A DNA stretch of 64,000 nucleotides from Chrysomallon squamiferum (lineage: Eukaryota; Animalia; Mollusca). Below the pieces are notes generated by a model. It saw nothing but the letters and a program-made list of their open reading frames with translations. It had not been told where the DNA came from and did no database searches. The position numbers and the translations under genes were made by a program. Each line of letters opens with the position of its first letter. Positions within the stretch are counted from its first letter, which is position 1. Location of the stretch: assembly GCA_012295275.1 (NCBI GenBank), contig CM022679.1, forward strand, positions 7,564,001 to 7,628,000, read 5' to 3'. Below are positions 30,421 to 44,182 of this stretch, in pieces.

Positions 30421-30648
30421 ACACTTTAAATTCAATTTTTAGACTTCTAAACGATTTGTTCATTTATTCAAACGACCAATTTTAACATTCTGACATTTTC
30501 ATTTCATTGTCTGCTGAATACAGAGAAATGTAAATAATCCTTGGCATTCTGAGGATCAGTCGACCTTTTTCTATAATTTGTGTCGTCTGTCAATATTTTA
30601 TTTTATTATTATTTTTTTAAAATATTTCTATGTACGAAATCGTATCAG

Positions 30649-30654
30649 AATAAA
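30649..30654 (+). terminator. Candidate polyadenylation signal of gene A
   Basis: AATAAA about 1.5 kb after the stop, followed by T-rich sequence. An alternative AATAAA lies at 30266-30271. AT-rich background makes chance hits common. Confidence 0.3.
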
Positions 30655-30872
30655 AAGACAAAAGTAAGCATCCTTTTTCCTTCGTCAGCTCGTTATTTTT
30701 ATTTCTGTATTTTATTATTATTATTAAAGACTAATTAGAAACAAAAAGAAAAGCAACATCATGGAAGATGTATCAAAAGTATTAAGACCGTTGACTTAAA
30801 ACATTATATAAAATAAATGACACAACTACAATAATATATAAATATTATATGCATGCATATATATACACTGAA

Positions 30873-30913
<41 letters not shown>

Positions 30914-31144
30914 AAATAGTAACTTTGCCTGAAGTATTATTAATTTTTTGTTCTTTTTGTTTTGTTTTTGTTTTTTGTTTGTTTTGTTGGCGTTTTTTTT
31001 TTTTTTATCTATATTATTTAATCTTTCAGTTGTTTATATTTTTATTTTTGTTTGTTATTTTTTTATTCGAAAATAAACATTGTAGATATATTCTGTATTT
31101 TCATTCACTTATTTTATTAAATATTGCACATAACATCTAATGCT

Positions 31145-31276
31145 TCAAGACTGAATTATCAAAGCCAGTTTTAAATGATCTGCATTCTTTGGGAAGGTAA
31201 ATTTTACATTTATTCTGCTGCTAAGTGACAACAGCAATTAATGAAAAAAAGACAGCGAGGTTTCTCTCTCTCTCTC
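31145..31276 (+). mobile_element. Decayed SINE-like fragment (core)
   Basis: tgggaaggtaaattttacatttattctgctgctaagt...gacagcgaggtttctctctc; same motif order and similar spacing as the 57551 copy. Confidence 0.5.
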
Positions 31277-31500
31277 GTAAGAATCCTATATTTAACAATA
31301 TTTTCTGCAGTTTTGATTTTTCTTATTAACAGAAGAAAAGGAAAAGTGAAAATCTGTTAGGAAGCCATTAAACAACAATTCAGTATTTGTTTTTTTATTA
31401 TTATTAGAATTTTATTTTTATTTTTAATCATTTATTTTATTTTTTTTTTTTTTTTTTAATTTTTTTTTTTTATTTTTTTTTTAATTATTATTATTAATTA

Positions 31501-31543
<43 letters not shown>

Positions 31544-32278
31544 TACTGCACTGGTCTGAAGTGATATTGCTAGCTCGATCAATCTTCCATGATGCGCCTA
31601 TTTCATGTTTTCACCAACGACATAAGAAAGCTATCGTATATACTTTCTTCAGTACAGAAAGAAGCTGGGAAAAAAAAAAATAGAATAAAATAAAATCATT
31701 GTCGACAGTCGATGAATGAAGCACAGCATTTCCTCTATTATTATTATTACTGTTCATTTTAAAACTTAGAGAAGACAGTACTTAATAAGAAACCTTTACG
31801 TGCATTTCATTCAAGTAATATTTCATTCCATGCCATTCACTGAATAATAACAGAATAATAACAATATATTTAAATATATAATTTAAAAAAATAAAAATAC
31901 TTGTATCGTCAGGGTAATTTGCAGAGGCGGAAAACACAAAGTGATTAAAAAGACAAAGATAATACGGCTTCAGATTAATTTCAGCATAATCGAGGTTCTA
32001 GGAAAGAGAAGCACTACAAAGGGAGATAATAATGAATGGGAAACGTCATAAAAAAAACAAAATCGCTTTGACAAAAACAACTGAAGTGTTAATCAGCAGA
32101 AAATGGAAACAGAAATCTGCCCCCGGCTAACTCATAGAGAAAAACAAAACAAAAATTAAAGTTTTATTTAAAGAAATTTTAGTTTTTAATAAAGTCTTGC
32201 CCTGTTAATAGTTTTGGTTTACAGTTAATATCGTCACGTTATTGCTACTTCTACAGTTTTTATCATAAACCTTTCTGA

Positions 32279-32659
32279 ATTAAAATTAAACATTTTAATT
32301 TAAAATCAAATAACTGAGCAGACATTAATGTTGTTTGTATTTCTATATATATGTGTGTGTGTATGTGTGTGTGTGTGTATACATACATACATACACACAT
32401 ACATACATACAAACATACATATATAATTAAATAATTAAGAATCGAAACGACCGAATGAGATCGTGCGAATACGAAACTAAACTAAAGACCTGTCTATTAA
32501 TATCAAGATTCAATAAAATTACTTAAACGCTACTAAATTTATTTTTTATTTTATTTTTTTTATATTTCTTTCTTATTAAAATTAAACAGTTATTTTTGAT
32601 TAAAATTAAATAACTGAACAGACCTAATGCGTGTGTTTGTTAATTTGTCTGTGAGTATA

Positions 32660-32694
<35 letters not shown>

Positions 32695-32921
32695 AATAAA
32701 TTAATTAATTAATTTTATATATATATATAATTTAAAAAAAAAAAAATCAAAAAAAAAAGTATCATCAAAAACTTGTTTGTATATTTGCAAAAACCGAAAC
32801 AATTAAAAAAAATAAAAACGACCAAATAACAAAACGTGCGAATACGAAACTAAACGAAACGTCTGTCTCTTAACGTCAGACGAACGAGGAAATCGATCAA
32901 TGAAGAAAATTACTTAAACGG
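32279..32921. repeat. Diverged tandem duplication (units ~32279-32531 and ~32575-32921)
   Basis: Both units run taaaattaaaca...aaataactga(g/a)cagac, then a microsatellite, then cgtgcgaatacgaaactaaac...aaaattacttaaacg. Confidence 0.8.
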
Positions 32922-33737
32922 CGTTGGTGGACGGATCAAATGGCAATCGTTACGGAACACTTCAGCAACAGTTAGCTCCGAGGAATTCGCCTGTCGGAAG
33001 AAAGAGAAGATGGTGTGTTTCTTTTGTTTGACGAAGTCTTGTCTTGAAGGAAAGTGTGTGAAAAAGACTTGGAGAGAGTGCGCTGGACGGCAGCCTAATA
33101 GAACAGGATGACATTTTACAAAACGATTCACACACACTGAACTGTATCGTTACGTCCATTTTTTCATTTCTCTTTATGGGATTTGCAGTTTATTTTACCA
33201 ATTATTATTATTATTATTGCAATTACTATAATTATTATTATTATTGCTATTACAATAATTAAGTAGCAGAAGCAGTGGTAGTAATAGTAGTAGTATAATT
33301 AGCAGCAGCCAAATAACAGAAACAGCAGCAGTAATAGTAATAGTGGAAGTAGAACTGTTTTTATGCTGCCACAAATCGAGAGAGTGAATGTAAAACAATA
33401 CACTGTTGATGAAAGGTGTGTTATCACACACATAGAGCCTGCATCACATCCTAATGGTATGTGTGAGTGTACATCAAAACAAATTTTAGCTGATTACAAA
33501 GGAATGATGACATGTTTCTTCTTTAACACTGGAAAAGACACATTTTTCTACAACAGCAAAAAAACAAAGATTTCCTAATCTACGAGACAGAATTTCACAA
33601 AGCAGCGTCTCTGTGACACATATTTACTGTTATCATTGCTACACGGAGAGACAATTAGATGATCTCTGGTGGAAATGTTACTCTTTATTAGATCCGAAAA
33701 CGAAATGGCCGCACCCCGCGGGCAACAACTTCAATAT

Positions 33738-33876
33738 CCCCATTAGACCATTTCCCGTTCTAGTTATCACTCCGTCTCCAGTGATTCACAGAAAACCGCG
33801 GCGCTCAAGTGTTTAAAATTACTTTGCTGTTTCTTGATGAGAGTAATCTTTGCTGACAGCGGGTTTCCTCTCTCAG
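33738..33876 (+). mobile_element. Decayed SINE-like fragment
   Basis: ccccattagaccatttcccgttctag...ttgctg...gacagcgggtttcctctctcaga; shares agaccatt and cagcgggt motifs with the 57551 copy. Confidence 0.5.
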
Positions 33877-35589
33877 ATTTAAGTATTTAAATTTTTGTTT
33901 TTTTAAAAGCTGTGTTTGGCAACTAAAGATTGTCATTATAAAAAATGAATTTCTTTGGTTGGAGTTACTTCCTGGTTGTCTAACACGCGGAGTCACTTCA
34001 TTTCTAATTTCACCTCAGCTAACACCACAAAGTCTAGCCGTACATAACTTCTAATTGTAGAAACATGATTGCCAACAAGAAATAAATGAATTCATTGACT
34101 GTTATAAAACTCTGCATGAAAAAACATATGGGAAAAAAAAACATGGCGGCATACAATTTATTCTGGTCTAACATGTCTTGAATAAAGTATTTTCTTCTTA
34201 TTTTTCTTTGAATTTTTTATTTATTTATTTTTTAAATTTATTTATTTATTTATTTTAAATTTTTACTCTTTATTTCAGCAGGTCAGTATTCCCATCAGTA
34301 TATAATTTCACGCCATTTTTACTGATTTGTTAACAGGTTTTAGCTCTCGTTTCATTTTAGTTATATATTTTGTTTCTGTTATTTTTTAAAGAATATCTTA
34401 TGATTATCGGGGTAGCATCTTCATATTAGGATTTAGGACGCTAAACAAATGTTTAATTCGATGGTTACTAGAAACTACTGAAGTTTTTTTTAGAAAACCA
34501 TTATCAAGGATCAGAACTGTTTGGCAAAGATTATGTTGGAGATAACTGTTAATAATTCAAACCGAAGAGGAACAGCAGTGACCACACCTATCTTCCACAC
34601 CCTGACAGAATCCAGAGATGACTTCCTCCTACCAGCAGCTGTAACATCTCTGTCTTAACAAGAGCTTTATTGATTTATCACCAACATATTAATTTTATCA
34701 GTCACTATTTGAACTTCTAACAGTGAAAGGCTGTATTTGATTACATGAATTGTAAAAGTCAATGAAATTACAGTTTAAATGCCAGATATATTTAGAAGCG
34801 TTTAGTCTAAAACCAAACGCTTCGATCTACGTCAGAAATTACCACTTAAGGTCATGTGAAATATTGAATTTATTAACATGTTAACTTCTAACGTAAGATG
34901 ATCATCAGTATTAAAATCCGCGATGTCTTGGGAGTTTCCTGATTCTCTCTGTGATATGAACGAATCTCTTCCTTCTTGTCGATGACAAATAATTATAAAG
35001 ACAAACAGGCTTGAACTTGCAACTGGGTTGGGTTTCTTTTTATTTTTTTATTTTTTTTTTTTTTTGTTAATTTATCATACCTTTCTATTGATGAAATGAC
35101 ATGACGATAATGGCTACCAGTCGTAACAGATCCTCAGCAGTTTGTTATTTTATTGTCAAACTTTATTAGTTGTAGTAAGAATACATCGCTAGTAAAAGAC
35201 AAAACTACACCTTAGAAGCAAACCAAGTACATTTAGGTCATCTCTGTGGTGAACCCCACTGGTTAAGTTAAAAAATGTATTTACTTGACTTGTGTTCAGA
35301 ATTACCAAAAAGCTGTCTGTATCATATGAGGACTCGTATTTTCAGCATGTTGCTGACTGCCTGACGTCGTTACAATTACACTACATCGTACGGCTACAGA
35401 CGCGTCTACAAGTGATAACAGCTACGATAAAAGATAGTGTTACGTCCCCTAAGACAGTTGTCTCCTTTTTTATCTCAGGAAGTAAATTTAACAATTCCTC
35501 CAGACTCTTCGATGTGAGTTTGGTTGAATGTCAAATGGCTAAACTGTAGATTTATACATTTAAATATACGTAAAGAAATAGATAGATGC

Positions 35590-35855
35590 GTTCATACATA
35601 CATAGTCATACATACATACATACATTATCTCCTACGTACAAACGTATAGACAAATGTACATATAAAAATATACAAACACACACACACACACACACACAAA
35701 TATATATTCTATATACACATATATAAATATATATTCCCACGTACATAATACATACATTGATACGTACATACATACATACATACATACATACATACATACA
35801 TAATACATACATACATACATACATACATACATACATACACATACACACAGACACA
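35590..35855. repeat. (CATA)n/(CA)n microsatellite
   Basis: Directly visible. Confidence 0.95.
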
Positions 35856-36780
35856 TCTAATACAAATTAAGTAGTAAAAAAAAACGTACGAGAAACTACC
35901 TTCATTAAAACCATTGAAATAAATGTCACATGTTCTTTTTATCATCTTTCTAAACTAATTTCCATTTCGCTATTTTTTCTTGAAATTGTTGAAAGAAAAA
36001 GGTTAGAGAATGCCGTGTTAAAACATTATTTTTTTTATTTTTTTTTTGTTACAACACGTGATTACTACATCTTGTCACTGGTAAATCTTTCTGACAGCTC
36101 AACATGCAAATACCTCTTGTAATTCCGATTTAACTGTTTTATTGAGAGATTTTTTTTTTTTTAAAGTTTCTTAAGAAGATTTTTTCAACAAAAGAGGATA
36201 ATTTCTACTTTGTCCTTCTTTTTTTTAAATATTTTTGATTAAAATCATTTCGAATAGAGTTGGATGTCGTGGAATTTTTATCATTACTATTTTATAAATT
36301 TCCTTAGGATTCTTTAAAATCATTTCAAATGGAGATAATGATTTGGACGGAAAAGCACAGAAGTTTAATTGTAAATTCTTCTCTATGATTTCATGTATAC
36401 TATTTTTTTTTTTTTTTTTTTTTTTTGTGTTTCATGTTTGTTTGGTGTTTTTTTTGTTGTTGTTGGTTTTGTGTGGTGGATGGTTGAGGTAAATTTTTTT
36501 TTTTTTTTTTTTTTGGTGTTGTTGGTGTTGTTGTTGTTGTTATTATTATTCTTATTTTATAGCTATTGTTTTGTTCATTTTCTTTTTTATTGCTTCTAAA
36601 CCTTTGTTCATTTTTGGGTTTAACGGTGTTAATACTTTTCTTAGTTTGGATTATTTGCTCAGTAATTAAATTATGCAGTGGAATTTTCGGTAGTAGTGGT
36701 GACTTCAAGGAAACAGTATTGTTTGTTTGAGTGCCTGGGTGTATCTGTGCATCTGTGTGTTGTGTGTTTGTCTGTGTAGA

Positions 36781-37043
36781 TATGTATGTATGTATGTATG
36801 TATGTACGTATGTAGTATGTATGTATGTACGTATGTAGTATGTATGTATCTAGTATGTATGTAGTATGTATGTATGTATGTACGTATGTATGTATGTAAG
36901 TATGCATGAATGTATATATGTAGTATGTATGTATCTAGTATGTATGTAAGTATGCATGAATGTATATATGTAGTATGTATGTATCTAGTATGTATGTAGT
37001 ATGTATGTATGTATGTATGTATGTATGTATGTATGTATGTATG

Positions 37044-37074
<31 letters not shown>

Positions 37075-37258
37075 GTATGCATGAATGTATATATGTAGTA
37101 TGTATGTATCTAGTATGTATGTATGTATGTAAGTATGCATGAATGTATATATGTAGTATGTATGTATCTAGTATGTATGATAGTATGCATGAATGTATAT
37201 ATATGTAATATGTATACATATGTATAGTATGTATGTAGTATGTATGTATGTATGTATG
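36781..37258. repeat. (TATG)n microsatellite with higher-order ~50-60-bp repeat
   Basis: Unit aagtatgcatgaatgtatatatgtagtatgtatgtatctagtatgtat recurs about 5 times within TATG runs. Confidence 0.9.
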
Positions 37259-37473
37259 TGTGCATGTGTTTCTATTTATGTACGTATGACATTCAGACAC
37301 ACTCCCTGACGTATACATACAAGCAACACATATACAGATAGGCTCATACATACTAATGTACATATATATATGTATATACATGACATACTTACATCAATAC
37401 ATACAATCATAAATGCCCACACACATACATTTACAGATAAATACTGTAATCATGTTTGTCTGTGCATACACTG

Positions 37474-37513
<40 letters not shown>

Positions 37514-38138
37514 AAGATACAAAATATGTTCAATATCAGGTTTATCACACACCTCGGACATTAATTTCTACATAAAACGACAAAGATACCAAGTCACGAT
37601 TTTACGACACAAATAAACGAATAATTCAGGACTGGGTTAAAAACTTTTATATTGGTGAATCTTCGTATTAACCCAATTTTCACGGGTCATATTTCGTCTG
37701 CGTTAAGATAATGACCAGCAAGAAGACGACAGAAATTAAACCTACCTTGATGTGTTCAGTAAGTTACGACAATCGATTTTTTCATTAAAAAAACACCAAA
37801 AGTGACAACAATTCAGTGTTTGATGAAAAATAAGGTTTTCGTTTATTAATTGCCGGAGGATCACAGACGAACGTTATTTATCGTCTGACTTGTGAAATGA
37901 AAATGAAAAAAGAAAAGAAAAGATTTTTGATTGTTACTGTGATAATCATAACATTTTGAGCATGTCACAAAATGTTTAAATTCACACGGTGTCTTATTAA
38001 AGTATTGAATAAACGAATTAACTGATTAATTAATTAATTAATGTCAGCGATATTAATTAACTCAGAAACAAAACATTAATCGATTGTTTGTTCTAGGACG
38101 GAGATATGTTATTGCAGTAAATCCAGAAAGAGTTTAGT

Positions 38139-38182
<44 letters not shown>

Positions 38183-40037
38183 CGTATATTTAATTATGAA
38201 CTTAATGATAAATTTTTTGCTTCAGGAATCTGGAATATGAATATTTTATTTAAAAGGATTTCTGTGTCGTGTATCTTCAACAATTATATCTAATTTAAAA
38301 AAAAAAATTTCAAATAAAATATTTAAAATGAATTTCCCACCCACCACCACCACCATCAAAAAAACTTATTCTGGGTAATTTTGCCATAGTTGTCTTTACT
38401 CTAGTTTAACATACCACTAAACTTCAAAGAAAAAGAACTAGAAACCAAAAAGTCAAAGGAAGAAATTATTCTATTTTAAATACATTTTGTAAAAGAAAAA
38501 GAAGGCAAAGAGATAGAGGGAATATTATAATGAAAGCTACGACTTAACTGCGACCATCAAAACCATGGATGCCAGTTTAATTATTGATAAAACGATTTTA
38601 GACTTCGATAATTCTGTCGTTCGTTTTAAAAAAAAAAAAAATTTAAAAAAAAAAAAAAATATTTGTTGTTGTTGTTGACGTTGTTGTTGTGGTTAGTGAA
38701 ACGTAATATCAGCACGTCAACGTCTTCAACTACTCCGACATTTTGCTGTAAATGCAGTTATCAGCGTGCATATCTAACTAACTAACCGAAACCCGCGTGT
38801 GAGATTCCACAGAGCAAAGCTGTTATCACTCTTCCACAACGACTGGTCTTTTCACTCGCCGAAGAATGGCGAAGCTTTTATTAAAACTTTCGGATCAAAA
38901 ACCATCACGGGTCTAGACGAAGACGAACGTGAGATTTTCTAAGGGAATATTTTTGCGTACAAAAAAACCCCCAACAGATTTTAATTCCTGATATTACTTC
39001 GTTTACCTCGCCCCTGACAAACACGATGTAACTCGCCCTGAAGTCGTTTTGGACCAAAAGTTTCGCGATTAGTCACGGACGCCACTGATCGAACTGAAAA
39101 ATTAATGATCCTTTCATGGTTTCCGTTACCGAGTACGAAGGACGACGACTTTTAACGAGTGACGCGGATTTTTTTCCGCGACGTTTAATTTCCTCGTTTC
39201 CGTCAAATTTTCCAGGCGAGCGGATCGCATTGAAAACGTGTAAATTATCAATCAACGTCGCAGGGGTGGTTTCCTAACTTCACAGTTTTTATTTCTCGTA
39301 ATTATTTTTCTCGTTTCCTTGATGCAAAACTAATGTTATAAAACAATTATCGTCGAAGGTTCATTTTATAAATAAATATGTAATAACGAATATATCCTCT
39401 TTGTTTACGAATCTACCAAATATGTGAAAATAATATGCAAATAGTCGCTTATTCCAATTATCATATTATATAAACATAGATACATACAAGCATACATACA
39501 CACGCACGTATACATAACAGTAAATACACATTCACACACACATACACATAAACACACACATACATACACACATACGCATACATACATAAATACACCATAC
39601 ACACACATACGTACGTACATACATACGTAGATACATACATGCATACATATACTAAACTATATATATATATACTTAAAAACATGTATATACATAATGTAAC
39701 ACAAAAAGCTCGTTTGTAAACAAAGGTATACAATGCAAACAGACACATTGATATATACATACTATACAGTGTTCAAAATGATACTGTTACTGATTTCAGT
39801 TTAGCATTTGTTTCTTTAAAGTCCACTTATTATCATTACACTTAATAAGCGATTTATTTTTATTGTAGAATTGTAGACCAGAGTAGTAAAAAGGAATGAT
39901 TACAAAATGACAGGAAAGGCTGAGTCGTTATTAATCTTTGAAATAGTTTTTGTTATTCGTTTTCTCTTAGCTAGATATTTTTGTCTTCATTTTGCATTTT
40001 ATTGGTGCATATGTACATAGGTACGTAGGTTGGTATG

Positions 40038-40071
<34 letters not shown>

Positions 40072-40595
40072 TGTTTGCATGTGTGTGTCTATGTAGGTAT
40101 GTATATGTATGTATATAATATGTGTACCTACCTATATATGCTGTTGAAGTAGTAATAGTGGTAATAATAGTAGTACTAATAGTAGCAGCAGCAGTAGTAG
40201 CATAACTTGTAGCATTTATTTCTATTGTTAACATTTTATTATTAATTAAATTTTGATACTAAAATAGTTAATACAATTCATTTGATTCGTTTTCTAAGTA
40301 TATTATTTAAAGCAGTGTATTCTTCAAGAACTAAGCACAGATAAGACACAGTAAACATATATTTCTGTTGGTGTGGGTGTTGGTGTTATTGTCATCGTTG
40401 ATGCTGTTTTTCACTTCCTTTATCCTGATTCTGTCATTTGTTTGAGATGAATATTTCATGACATCTGTTACTATCTCACTGTTAATCAGAATCCGACAAT
40501 GGAAGCCCAACAGAAAGCAAATTATCTACACGCGCAAAAGTACTTGTGTGGACAGCTCAGAGGAAATTACTTGAAAATATAAATTATATATCTCA

Positions 40596-40597
<2 letters not shown>

Positions 40598-40668
<71 letters not shown>

Positions 40669-40871
40669 GAGAGAGTGTGTATGATAGAGAGAAAGAGTGA
40701 GTTACTGAGTGTAAGTGATAGACTGACAAAATCAGAGGGAATCAGAAAGAGTGATGAGTGAATGTGTGAGTGTGAGATAGAGAAAGAGCTAACGAATTAA
40801 AGAGAATGAGAGACACACAGAGAAATATACTTAGAGACATAGACACACTACGATTGAGTAATACAGAGAAA

Positions 40872-40965
<94 letters not shown>
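40598..40965. repeat. Two (AG)n microsatellites
   Basis: 40598-40675 and 40876-40965. Confidence 0.95.
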
Positions 40966-40968
<3 letters not shown>

Positions 40969-41296
40969 TTTTATATCGCAGACATTTTTGTAATATCTGC
41001 GCCACAATCTATCTGAAACTCTGTACTGGCGATTTAAGGAAAATATCAGATTTAAATTCTCATACATATTCAGTAAATTTGTCCACAAACAAATCTAAAT
41101 AAGCTTGACCTTTTTTCAGGATTCATATTTGATTATGACTACAGAATAAATCAAAGACGGAATTGCATGACTATATCTTATTTATGGAAGCATTTGAATT
41201 TTTGAATTGTAAATAAGAAAAGATACGTACATTAGTATACATATATATATATATATGTGATGATGATAAACAACAAAGTCATATAACATAAATACT

Positions 41297-41302
41297 TTTA
41301 TT
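41297..41302 (-). terminator. Candidate polyadenylation signal of gene B
   Basis: Minus-strand AATAAA with a GU-rich element (gactttgttgttt, 41280-41268) downstream; would imply a ~2.4-kb 3' UTR. Confidence 0.35.
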
Positions 41303-41834
41303 CATGAACATAATCTCCGCAAACATGAAAGTGATATCTGAAATGAACAAAATGAACATTATAAAAATCAACATTATCAAAGTAATCGTCACAAACGTAA
41401 ACTCTTATATGCTTTACAAATTCATTTACTGTGATTTTATTTTGAACATTTGTACTCTGCACAGTTCGTTATTCACAATACAAACAACAATAAATAACGA
41501 AAAGAAACCAAAGATCATAAATAATAACATAACAGATTTACATTAACAATAAATTCAGCTCTTAACGTAAACTAATGTACCAGTAATTTTTGCCATTCTT
41601 TATAATACTTAATACGCTTTACAAACAGTATTAAGTTATTTTATAAATGCCACATGTCGAAATGCCCTATAATTATAAAAATTAGAAATACTTAATAAAA
41701 TAATAAAATTTACATGATTTGTGTTAATGTTTCGAGGTAATTTCAGCTGTGCAACTTTGAGCCAATTTTCTTATGTACTCTGCAGCTATAAAGATTCTCT
41801 TTTCGTGTGCAACTCCAATGCATTCTGTTGATTT

Positions 41835-41990
41835 ATAAATCGTAGTGTTTACTAAATGTTACAAACTGCAGCATTTACTAGCGTTTGTAAACTGTAATGT
41901 TTAGTAGATTATATAAGCAGTAGTGTTTAGTAGATTATGTAAACTGTAGCTTTTACTAGATTCTGTAAACTTTATTGTTTACTCGATTCA
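41835..41990. repeat. 26-bp minisatellite, 6 copies
   Basis: ttta(c/g)t at 41848, 41874, 41900, 41926, 41952 and 41978: exact 26-nt spacing. Confidence 0.9.
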
Positions 41991-42714
41991 TTGAAGCAGA
42001 CACTGACAAAGATACGTTCATCTGTTTTCCACGTTCTCTATACATTCGCACAGCTTATTCTATATTTTTACACCAGCTGTTGACATATACTGAAAACAGT
42101 GTTAGTTCCCGCTATCCAGTTTCCTCAGATGTTGCAACAAATATCGCCTGCTTGGTAGTATTTATGAAAACATCTACAAAACACCAAATTCAAAATCAGT
42201 ATTAACAATTCGTGAAAAAGGGTTCAACATTATCACAATACGTTTCACAACAATCACAACCACGTGTCGATTATTTGCTTTAAAAAAAAATTTTATTTGG
42301 ACTCCGTCAATAACTTACTGACGAGATTGTCGTAGTTTCATTTACTGATTTGTCACAAAGAAATCATGTTTATAATTTATATAATCTCATAACAAGTATT
42401 TCAACTGCAGTATTCGAACCTGCCCCTTCTGTAAGGTGTTTATGTAGCCTTCACTCAGAATTAATATTCAGTGAAATTGTTTTAACAGATATGTCCCTTT
42501 CTATGAAAAAAAAAATATATATATTAATAAATAAATAAATCTTAGAAAGGTGACACAGCTCAGTTAAAGGCACTGCGGACAGTATCATCATTTTATGAAG
42601 TCACAGAACTGAGAGCAAGCACTACAGTGATCTGATTAGTTAGTTTTCTGAAGTTCTTTAGAAAACGCTGACATAATATTTGACATAAAATCGAAAAAAC
42701 GATAGAAAACAAAA

Positions 42715-42935
42715 CAATTTACAACTGTTTACAACGCTTAGAAAACTCAAAACAATATTGTCTGTACTGATTACAACGCTTGTATAGAAAACTCAAAACA
42801 ATGCGTCTGTAATGTTTACAATACCTCTGTAGAAAACGCTGAACAATATTGTCTGTGATGTTTACAACGCTTACGTAGACAACTCAAAACAATACTGTCT
42901 GTGATGTTCACAAGGCTTGTGTAGAAAAACCTAAA
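42715..42935. repeat. ~46-bp minisatellite, ~5 copies
   Basis: tagaaaactcaaaacaatattgtctgt...tttacaacgctt recurs at about 42741, 42787, 42832, 42878 and 42924. Confidence 0.88.
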
Positions 42936-43714
42936 CATTTCATTTATACTCCTACCAGATTTATATAAATTGTTAGCTCTAAATGACACTGTCAGTTAAG
43001 CATTCATTAACGCTGGCTCCAATTATCACAGTTTTTACAAATGTTACCTATCATTTGTAAATCGCATTTACTCCACTTTCACATTCGATATCACATGTCT
43101 TAGATATGTCATCATCTTCCATAATACTTATTTTTCTAATTATACAGGATGACTGCGTCTTTTCATTATCTCAATTTCTACTGTATTAAAAAAAAATAAT
43201 AATAAATATGAAAAATAAAAATAGAAAATAATAAAAATGTTGGTGGATGTAAGCGTTAGTTAGCAGATGAGATTACTTAAAGTGAGTATTTGGTGGTACA
43301 AGAAACGTAGCCTGACTTTATTTTTTATATTTCCATTTATGCTGATAGTTAAACATTACTAATAATAAAGTTTGGCAAGATAACAATGAATGTATGAGGA
43401 TTCACAGAGACTATCATTTCCTCTTTCATCGTGGACAAGGAAAAAGTGAGTGCAAAATGTACATCACTTGGACACATTTAAAGATACAATTAAAATGTGA
43501 GCAAATTAAATAAATAAATAAATAAATATTATGCATGTCAATCACATAAAAAATAACGACACAGAATATATACTTTTTGAAAAGCTAAAATTAGAATTTA
43601 AAAATAAAAACATTCAAAAACCAGCAAAAGCAAATCATCATGATGATAAAACAATGCGAAAATCATATTTAATGCATAACGATCACGTGATGGTTGTTTT
43701 AATGACGCAATATA

Positions 43715-44182
43715 TCACGTGTCGCTGTGAATACTGCTTTCGTGACAACGGTTACAGTTTGGAGCGAGATATTTGCTTTTAATTCCCTGGTTGCCGTAGT
43801 TCACGAAGTGGTTTTCGTGCTGCTTGAGCTTCGGGTCTGCCAGGTGATAAAGTCTTTCTCTGTCCGGTTCTCTCCTCATCTGCAAATCTCTCTGGTCTCT
43901 AGGGTCAATGTAATCATTTGAATCAACAGTCACGGATCTAGTCCTCGAACACCTGTGTAACGACAGTAACAACCCTGTCCGAAATTTTGGACTCATCCAA
44001 ATGTAAATGATTGGATTGTAACAGCTGTTGCTCATGGCCAACCACTGGCACATCATCCAGATGATTGGCATGTGGGCGTGGTTGTAGAAATGAGGGTCGT
44101 GGTCTCCCAAAAGTGTGATAACGTGAACAGGTAACCAGCACAAGGCGTAGAAGACTACGACCGTTATCATCATCTTTATCAT
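43715..44182 (-). CDS. Gene B, coding exon 2: TM6, TM7 and C-tail (155 aa + stop)
   Basis: Minus-strand T-rich tract plus cag acceptor (AG at 44184-44183), then MIKMMITVVVFYALCWLPVHVITLLGDHDP...WLAMSNSCYNPIIYIWMSPKFR...HSDT-TGA. In frame with exon 1 across a 15646-nt intron (44183-59828); 386 aa total. Confidence 0.93.
   Translation of the reverse strand: MIKMMITVVVFYALCWLPVHVITLLGDHDPHFYNHAHMPIIWMMCQWLAMSNSCYNPIIYIWMSPKFRTGLLLSLHRCSRTRSVTVDSNDYIDPRDQRDLQMRREPDRERLYHLADPKLKQHENHFVNYGNQGIKSKYLAPNCNRCHESSIHSDT

Noticed and set aside
29167-43714. A neuropeptide (luqin) precursor gene between or within the receptors
   Set aside because: No listed ORF shows a signal peptide plus WRPQGRF-G-K/R or similar amidation sites. 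Very small exons cannot be fully excluded by eye.
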